In this document: in pieces, positions 30,401 through 37,187 of the stretch
How positions within the stretch are numbered: the first letter of the stretch is position 1
Layout: the number at the start of each line of letters is the position of its first letter
Source of the DNA: Candidatus Giovannonibacteria bacterium
GTDB lineage: Bacteria; Patescibacteriota; Minisyncoccia; JACPKW01; UBA11713
Direction: 5' to 3'
Assembly (NCBI GenBank): GCA_016186825.1
Contig: JACPKW010000004.1
Span: 130,237-194,236 of the forward strand
DNA: 64,000 nucleotides
Notes under the pieces: generated by a model
The model's database searches: none
What the model was told of the DNA's origin: nothing
What the model saw: only the letters and a program-made list of their open reading frames with translations
Made by a program: the position numbers and the translations under genes

Positions 30401-33200
30401 CGGAGTTCAAATCGCAACTTCAAACACAACTTCATATTCTGACACTGGGCTTGCTCCGTCGACCGCATATTCATATACAGTTTCGGCATTCGATGCGGCT
30501 GGCAACAACTCTTCGCAATCAACAAGCGCAAGTGCAACAACGCAACCGGCGTCTGTTCCCGTAGATACCACCGCTCCTGTTATTTCAGGAATATCATCTT
30601 CTGGAATTACATCTTCTTCTGCAAATATTTTGTGGAACACAAACGAGATGTCTACGCACCAAGTCGAATACGGGCCAACTGCTTCCTATGGACAGTTAAC
30701 CACAGAAAATACGGCAATGATGACTTCTCACTCCGAAACAATTTCGAATCTTCAGTCTGGCTCAACATACAACTTCCGCGTAAAGTCCAAAGATGCCGCA
30801 GGAAATCTTGCAATCTCCTTAAATTCGAGCTTCAAGACTTTGAATGCTCCGGATAACATTCCACCAAATGCGATAAGCAATCTTTCGTCATCCGAGATCC
30901 AAACAAATTCTCTCAAGCTTTCTTGGACTTCGCCCGCAGATCCGCCTTCGAATTCAGCCGCGGACAAATATGATATCCGATACTCTATGAGCTTGCTTGG
31001 CGAATCAAATTGGCAGCAGGCTACCAGAGTTACCGGAGAGCCCGCGCCAGCCTCGCCCGGAGCCAATCAATCATATATTTTGGCTGGGCTCGCTCCACAG
31101 ACTACATATTATATTGCAATCAAATCTTCGGATGCGAAAAATAACGATTCGGCGCTCTCAAATGTATTACAAATTACAACTTTAGCTTCCGAACCTCCGC
31201 CCGCTATTCTTTCAGTGTCGCCGATTACTGCAAACATCCAGGACGTAAATTCTACTTTGCCGGGCGTCCAGTTCTACGAAGGAATGACGGTCAGATATTC
31301 TTCTTCTGCTTCGGGGCATGCGTCTTGGGAGTGGCTGTATTCGGTCAACAACGGAACACCAATTTCGTATCTTAAGGGCACAGGCAATGTGGAAGATGCC
31401 ATGTTCAAATATCCTTCAGGCAGTGCGGGAACTTCATACAAATGGATTTTCAGAGCTTCAAGTGGGACACAAATTAAAGAAGAGGCTCTCGATGTTTCGA
31501 TTATTTCTAGGCAGACTGGGACAAATCCAGCAGTTATTTCAAATATCGCTTTCGATATCGGACAAACTAGCGCAACTGTTACTTGGGAAACCGATATTCC
31601 TGCCTCCACTCAATTGGAATTCGGCGCACATAATCTTCTCGGCTCCCTGTCGCCTGAACTAAATTCGACCTCTTTGGTAACCGCGCACTCTGTGACTTCT
31701 TCAAATCTTATTCCTTGCGCCCGTTATTACTTCCGCGTCCGTTCGCGCGATTCTTCCAATAACATTTCCGCTGGCGCTCCATATTCATATTCTACCAAAG
31801 GCTGTCTTGGCGGGGCTGATGTTGCATCAAGCACAGAAAAACTTATCCGGCGCGCCGAAGGCGGAACGATCAAGCAGAAAGATAAGGGCTCTGGTTTGAC
31901 GATCACTGCTCCGATAAATTTTGCCTCCGATGATGCGGTATTCCAAATTCAAAAGCTTTCTAATAAAGTTTTCAGCACCGCGCAACTTCCTCAAAACAAA
32001 AAATTAATCGGCGATCACATATATGAATTGAAAGCTCTCTCGGATTCTTCTGTGGCAATTTCAGCTTTTGCTGATTCGCTCACGCTCACAGTCAAATATA
32101 ATTCTGCTGATCTGGGGAATATTAATCCTTCTACACTCCGGCTTTACCGCTGGGTATCTTCAAGTAACTCCTGGCAGGTTCTGTCGTGCACTGAAAGCAC
32201 TGCAGATGCTCAAGTGATCTGTTTGACAAATTCATTTTCATCATATGCTTTGCTCGGCGATGAAACGCAAACAACTGGAGGCGGGGGATCTTCGGGTGGC
32301 GGAACTTCAAGCGGGGGAGGAGGTATTATTATGCAAAGCGTTTCTGCTCCAGCCTCCTTCAAAGCTATCGGCGCCCCGAACCAGATTATTCTTTCCTGGT
32401 CTAATCCTAAAGATGCAAATTTTGTCCGCGCGCGCATTATTAAAAACCAAAACAGGGTTCCTCTTTCCGCAAATGACGGGGAAATAATATATGAAGGCGC
32501 AAAAGAAGAATTTATTGATACGAACGTAACTCTCAATGCCGTTTATAATTATGGCGTCTATGCGCTAGATCGGAATTTAAATGCCTCTGCGCTTTCGACA
32601 CTTATCGTTAAGGCTGGCGAAAAGAGCGAAGCAGACGCCCTTAAAGCTTTGAGCCAAATTGTTTCTGCCTCGAAAGTGACTGCACCAGTGACTTCCCCTG
32701 GGGCGTTATTAACTGGTCCTTTTGCTTTCGGTATTCGAAGCGAACAAGTAAAAATTCTTCAGGAATGGCTCGCGCGCGACAAATTGATCTATCCAGAGGC
32801 AAAAATCACTGGCTATTACGGCCCCGCAACATTTGCCGCAGTCAAACGCTTTCAGAAGAAATATGGAATTGCCCAAATTGGAATCGCAGGCCCCAAGACC
32901 AGAATGAAATTGAACGCACTTTATAATTCATCAGTAGTGTCCACACCTGAAGCGCCAAGTTCGAGCGAGACAATTATACTTCTCCGCGGTCCATTTTACC
33001 TCGGTGCCAGAGGTAATGAAGTTAAAGTGCTCCAGCAGCTGCTCGCGAAAGATAATGCCATTTATCCGGAAGGACGCGTAACTGGATATTACGGAGCACT
33101 TACATTTCAAGCTGTGAAAAGATTTCAGGCTAAATATGGAATTTTACAAACAGGAATCGCAGGGCCTAAAACCAGGGCTAAACTAAACGAGATATATTAA
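21459..33200 (+). CDS. giant surface protein (3913 aa): divergent N-terminal anchor module, 3 LamG domains, at least 5 fibronectin-III repeats, Kelch-like propeller region, unassigned ~800-aa central region, Gly-rich linker, two C-terminal peptidoglycan-binding (PG_binding_1-like) domains
   Basis: [24 protein letters not shown] anchor. LamG domains recognised by HWKFDEG...[10 protein letters not shown], three times. FN3 repeats [26 protein letters not shown]...AAYDAAGN. Tandem C-terminal LxGPFxxGxRxxxVKxLQxxLA...YGPATFxAVKRFQxKYGI repeats. Confidence 0.85.
   Translation: [3913 protein letters not shown]
22369..22640 (+). repeat. intragenic FN3-encoding DNA repeat, copy 1 of 4 (~270 bp, high identity)
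   Basis: Near-identical nucleotide blocks (ccggatactac...gcaacgacgcag) recur at 22663, 26235 and 30274. Confidence 0.7.
22663..22937 (+). repeat. intragenic FN3-encoding DNA repeat, copy 2
   Basis: Same block as copy 1, translated [44 protein letters not shown]. Confidence 0.7.
26235..26507 (+). repeat. intragenic FN3-encoding DNA repeat, copy 3
   Basis: Translated [57 protein letters not shown]. Confidence 0.7.
30274..30548 (+). repeat. intragenic FN3-encoding DNA repeat, copy 4
   Basis: Translated [60 protein letters not shown]. Confidence 0.7.
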
Positions 33201-33220
33201 AGATTCTATTACTGAATGGG

Positions 33221-33958
33221 CTAGTCTGGTTTTTCCAAAGCGTTTTTTTCGAACGCTTTGACAATCGGACCTAGATCGCCGTCGAGCATGCGCTCGATAT
33301 TATGAAAGCTTTTCTTTATGCGGTGATCCGTGATCCGATCCTGCATAAAATTATACGTGCGGATTTTTTCTGAACGGTCCTGTGTTCCGATCTGCTCGCG
33401 GCGTTCTTTTGAGAGCGCTTCGGATTCTTTGCGATTTTTTTCGTCGAGAAGTTTTGCGCGCAGAACCCCCAGCGCCTTTTCCCTGTTTTTTTGCTGTGAA
33501 CGCTCTTCGCGGGAGGAAACCACGATTCCAGTTGGTTTGTGGAGAATTCTTACAGCGGACTCAACTTTGTTTACATTTTGGCCGCCTGGACCGCCTGCGC
33601 GCGAGAAAGTAACCTCGAGATCGGATTCTTTCACCTCGATTTCTTTTTCCGCGGCGGCTTTTAAAATTGCGACAGAGGCAGTAGAGGTATGAATTCTGCC
33701 CGACTTTTCTGTTTTTGGAATCCTCTGAATGCGATGCACTCCCGATTCCTGCTTAAGCGATTTCCATACGTCCGGACCGGAAATTTCAGCGACAACTTCT
33801 TTATAGCCTCCGAGGTCGCTTTTGGATTCATCAAGCAGTTTGAAAGACCACTGCCTGCTTTGAGAAAAATTTTGGTACATTCTTAAAAGCTCTCTCGCAA
33901 AGAGAGAGGCTTCCTGACCGCCTGCACCGGCGCGTATTTCCAAAATTACAGTCTCCAT
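33221..33958 (-). CDS. prfA: class I peptide chain release factor, RF1-like but lacking N-terminal domain 1 (245 aa)
   Basis: GGQ motif [11 protein letters not shown]. The RF1-type tripeptide region [14 protein letters not shown] aligns with PxT. The protein aligns with RF1 residues ~115-360. Its start ATG overlaps the rpmE stop (TAATG). Confidence 0.75.
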   Translation of the reverse strand: METVILEIRAGAGGQEASLFARELLRMYQNFSQSRQWSFKLLDESKSDLGGYKEVVAEISGPDVWKSLKQESGVHRIQRIPKTEKSGRIHTSTASVAILKAAAEKEIEVKESDLEVTFSRAGGPGGQNVNKVESAVRILHKPTGIVVSSREERSQQKNREKALGVLRAKLLDEKNRKESEALSKERREQIGTQDRSEKIRTYNFMQDRITDHRIKKSFHNIERMLDGDLGPIVKAFEKNALEKPD

Positions 33959-34215
33959 TATTTTCCGGTTTGTGATTTCTTGCGGGCTTTCTTTGCGCTG
34001 GAAGGCTCGGTACTGGCTTTTGCCTGCCTGGCTTTGAATTTTTCAACTCGTCCGGCAGTGTCAATAAGCTTCGCCTTGCCGGTATAAAAAGGATGGCAAT
34101 TGGAGCAAATTTCAATTTCAATTTTTTCTTTAGTGGATCCAACTTTTATAACATTTCCGCAAGCGCATTTTATTTGAGCGTTAGGAAAATATTGAGGATG
34201 CGTATCTGTTTTCAT
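33958..34215 (-). CDS. rpmE: ribosomal protein L31
   Basis: MKTDTHPQY...CACGN...[10 protein letters not shown] is the L31 zinc-ribbon pattern. Confidence 0.85.
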   Translation of the reverse strand: MKTDTHPQYFPNAQIKCACGNVIKVGSTKEKIEIEICSNCHPFYTGKAKLIDTAGRVEKFKARQAKASTEPSSAKKARKKSQTGK

Positions 34216-35063
34216 TATTGTTTTGAAAATATTTTGTCTCGCTGAAGGTATGTTTTCATTGGTAAAATATTAACAGAATTTAATTTGGACTGCAATAGGG
34301 CGCGGACCTCTATAATTTGTTTGAGCTCTTTTAAATTTTTAATTGTGAAGTCTGGTTTGATTGAGGCAGTATCTTCATTCGCGCTTTCGTTTAACAGCAA
34401 ACATGTTTGTAGCCCAACTTTTTTTGCGAGAATAATATCATCTGATAATTTATCTCCCACATGAAGAATTTCACTTGGCTTAGCTTCGAAATGATTTATA
34501 AGTTTCTTAAAAATTTTATGCCCGCTTTTGCGATCATGCTCTTGGCTTGTAAGGACGAGATCGAAGTATTGGAGGAGCCCCCAATTCTGAAGCATTATTC
34601 TTCGCATAAGTGTCGGGAAAATAGAGTCCGATACCAGCGCCACTTTAATTTCACGTGTTGCAAAAAATTTAAAAATTGATGCAAGGTTTTCTGTAAGAGG
34701 ATACATTGTATTACTGTCAAACAGCGCATCAAGTACTATTTCATCCGCATATAGATGCTTTATTCCTTTGTTTCTTAAATAATTCTCAAAGTAAGGAATC
34801 AATCTGCCTGATTTATGAAATATTCTTTCCGCTCGATCATGTTGTATAAAATCTGCAAACAATCCATACATCTCTTTTTTGTCTACATTATTTTTTCCTA
34901 GTTTAGTTCTTAAATTTCTATATAAGCTTTCTTCATAGTTATATTTTCGCTTGCCCATTGGGAAAACGCCGTCGAAGTCAAACGATATTATTTTTATAGG
35001 CGTTAGAACTTTCCGCATGGAAGAATTATAACACTTCTTTGGATTATCGAAATTAAAGTTCAA
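34215..35063 (-). CDS. HAD-superfamily hydrolase
   Basis: Motif I FDFDGVF, and motif [11 protein letters not shown]. Confidence 0.7.
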   Translation of the reverse strand: MNFNFDNPKKCYNSSMRKVLTPIKIISFDFDGVFPMGKRKYNYEESLYRNLRTKLGKNNVDKKEMYGLFADFIQHDRAERIFHKSGRLIPYFENYLRNKGIKHLYADEIVLDALFDSNTMYPLTENLASIFKFFATREIKVALVSDSIFPTLMRRIMLQNWGLLQYFDLVLTSQEHDRKSGHKIFKKLINHFEAKPSEILHVGDKLSDDIILAKKVGLQTCLLLNESANEDTASIKPDFTIKNLKELKQIIEVRALLQSKLNSVNILPMKTYLQRDKIFSKQ

Positions 35064-35181
35064 AATTCAGCTCGCTTGCAATTTTTTGCAGTTGAAGCTA
35101 TTATTTAGTTAATTTAGCGGAGATTTTGCTTAAAGCTTAGCTTGAGCGTTTTTTATTTAAAGTTGCTTTTTCTGGGCTTTT

Positions 35182-35949
35182 ATGAATAATTTAATTGTGG
35201 AGAACGAAGAAATTAAAGATCCGCCATCTGGCGGAAAAGAGGAAATATTTCCAAGTGCTGACGCCGAACTAGAAGCGATGTTCCGGGCTGGCTTGCATTT
35301 TGCGTATTCCAGGTCGCGCCGTCACCCGAAAATGTCTTCTTATATGTATGGCATTAAGAATAATGTGGAAGTTTTCGAGCTTTCAAAGGTGCGCGAGTGT
35401 TTAAGGTCAGCGGAAGGCTTTTTTGCGAAAATCGGCGAGCGAAAGGGCAATATTCTGCTCGTGGGAACTAAACCTTCGGTGGGGCCGCTTGTTAAGGAAA
35501 TGGGTTTAAATCTGAATTTGCCGTACGTTTCAGAACGCTGGGTTGGGGGGACTCTCACAAACGGAAAAGTTATCCGCGAGCGAATTAAGTTTTTTGAAGA
35601 TTTAAAAAGAAAAAAAGAGTCGGGCGAGCTCGAGAAATATACGAAAAAGGAGCGGCTCGGTTTATCGAGAAAAATTGAAGCGCTCGAAAGATATCTTGGA
35701 GGAATTGTGAACATTAAAAACGACCTCGATGCTATTTTTATTGTGGATCCGAAAGAGGAAAAAACGGCGCTCCACGAAGCGCTCAATGTAAAACTTCCCA
35801 TTGTTGCGATTCTTTCATCCGATAATGATCCGAGCGGAATTCTTTACCCCATTCCTTCGAATGACACTGCTGTTTCAAGCATCGCCTATATAACTCAAAG
35901 ACTTACGGAGGCTTACCGGGATGGAAGCCGCAGAGCATTGGCTTCTTAA
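35182..35949 (+). CDS. rpsB: ribosomal protein S2
   Basis: MFRAGLHFAYSRSRRHPKM and LLVGTKPS...YVSERWVGGTLTN. Confidence 0.9.
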   Translation: MNNLIVENEEIKDPPSGGKEEIFPSADAELEAMFRAGLHFAYSRSRRHPKMSSYMYGIKNNVEVFELSKVRECLRSAEGFFAKIGERKGNILLVGTKPSVGPLVKEMGLNLNLPYVSERWVGGTLTNGKVIRERIKFFEDLKRKKESGELEKYTKKERLGLSRKIEALERYLGGIVNIKNDLDAIFIVDPKEEKTALHEALNVKLPIVAILSSDNDPSGILYPIPSNDTAVSSIAYITQRLTEAYRDGSRRALAS

Positions 35950-35972
35950 TTTTATTATAGCCTAAAGTTTTT

Positions 35973-36422
35973 ATGCCGATTTCAGCTGATCTTATCCAAA
36001 AACTTCGCACGGAAACTGGGGTTTCCGTTATGGCATGCAAAAGGGCATTGGAAAGAGCGGAAGGAGATTTGGCAAAAGCGCTCGAATATTTAAAGGAAGA
36101 AGGTGCGCTCTTGGCTTCAAAGAAATCAAGCCGCGAAACGAAGGCGGGCATAATCAGCTCTTACGTTCACGGCGGAAAAATCGGCGTTCTCGTAGAATTA
36201 AAGTGCGAAACTGATTTCGTTGCTCGCAATCCTGAATTCCAAAATTTCGCGCGTGAGATTGCCATGCAAATTGCGGCTGTTAATCCAGTCGATCTTTCTG
36301 AATTGCTCGAGAGCCTATATATTAGAAAATCCGATGTGAAAGTTTCGGAATGGCTTCGAGAAATGATCCAGAAATTCGGCGAGAACATCGAAATCGCTCG
36401 TTTTTATAGACTCGAACTTTAA
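35973..36422 (+). CDS. tsf: elongation factor Ts (short form)
   Basis: LRTETGVSVMACKRALERAEGDLAKALEYL UBA-like N-terminus, then VLVELKCETDFVARN. Confidence 0.85.
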   Translation: MPISADLIQKLRTETGVSVMACKRALERAEGDLAKALEYLKEEGALLASKKSSRETKAGIISSYVHGGKIGVLVELKCETDFVARNPEFQNFAREIAMQIAAVNPVDLSELLESLYIRKSDVKVSEWLREMIQKFGENIEIARFYRLEL

Positions 36423-36898
36423 TGATTTCGCTCTACATTTTTGGTATTTTATTTTTGGGCTCTTTATTCGGTCTCCTGTTTATTTTTTTCAGGCGCTTTG
36501 CCGAAGTCGGCCGAATGGATCAGGCAGAGCTTCATATTGGGCTTCGATCTACCCGCTCTCTTAGGAAGCAATTAAAAGAAAATTATCTCATTCCGTTCTT
36601 TAACAGGATAAAAAACACACTCCAGCCTTTTTTTTGGGGATTGATTGAGCGCATGCTTAAAAATCTGCGCTTGCTACTTTCACGTTTTGACAATAAATTG
36701 AAGGAACTTTCAGACGCAGTCCGTGGTAAGCACATTAATATAAAGTTTAAAAAACGAACGGAATATTGGGATGATCTGAACGGAGCAAAGAAAAATGGCA
36801 ACGTGATCGCTAAAGGTATTATCGAGAACGGATATAGGTCAGAAAAAATAGACAGTAAAACAGAAAATTCTGACGCAATTTCTCTAGAACGAAAGTAA
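36422..36898 (+). CDS. hypothetical membrane protein
   Basis: N-terminal TM helix, no recognisable motif. Confidence 0.5.
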   Translation: MISLYIFGILFLGSLFGLLFIFFRRFAEVGRMDQAELHIGLRSTRSLRKQLKENYLIPFFNRIKNTLQPFFWGLIERMLKNLRLLLSRFDNKLKELSDAVRGKHINIKFKKRTEYWDDLNGAKKNGNVIAKGIIENGYRSEKIDSKTENSDAISLERK

Positions 36899-36914
36899 AT
36901 TTTATCTGCAAGTC

Positions 36915-37099
36915 GCCACCTTAGCTCAGCGGTAGAGCAACGGTTTTGCGCGCCCCGTTAGAAAATGATTGCCGGGGTAGCTCAGCGGTAGAGCAACTGT
37001 TTTGTAAACAGTAGGTCGCGAGTTCAATTCTCGCTCCCGGCTCAATAAAGATTTTCTAACGGGGTAAATAGGTCCTCGGTTCGAATCCGAGAGGTGGCT
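36915..37099 (+). other. tRNA-like 5' half (acceptor + D-arm + anticodon loop UUUGCGC) and tRNA-like 3' half (variable loop + T-arm + acceptor) with perfectly complementary acceptor strands, enclosing tRNA-Thr(UGU) inside a 9-bp helix
   Basis: 5' GCCACCU...GCUCAGCGGUAGAGCAACGGUUUUGCGC at 36915-36953. 3' AGGUCCUCGGUUCGAAUCCGAGAGGUGGCU at 37070-37099. CCCCGUUAG (36955-36963) pairs with CUAACGGGG (37055-37063). The anticodon 3' strand is missing, so no canonical cloverleaf. Confidence 0.4.
36971..37043 (+). tRNA. tRNA-Thr (anticodon UGU)
   Basis: GCCGGGG/UCCCGGC acceptor (G7-U66), D-arm GCUC-AGCGGUA-GAGC, anticodon arm ACUGU-UUUGUAA-ACAGU, T-arm GCGAG-UUCAAUU-CUCGC. CCA is not encoded. Confidence 0.8.
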
Positions 37100-37187
37100 C
37101 AAATAAAATTTTAAATCGTCGTGATAAACAGCAGGTTATCAGTTTAGGTCTATCCACCGGCTCATGCTTTTGTGATATATTGAACAA

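Noticed and set aside
36915-37099. Reading the outer tRNA halves as a tRNA with a canonical 37/38 intron
   Set aside because: No RYYGU-type anticodon 3' strand is present in either flank, so a standard intron model does not yield a foldable tRNA. Reported as an anomaly instead.
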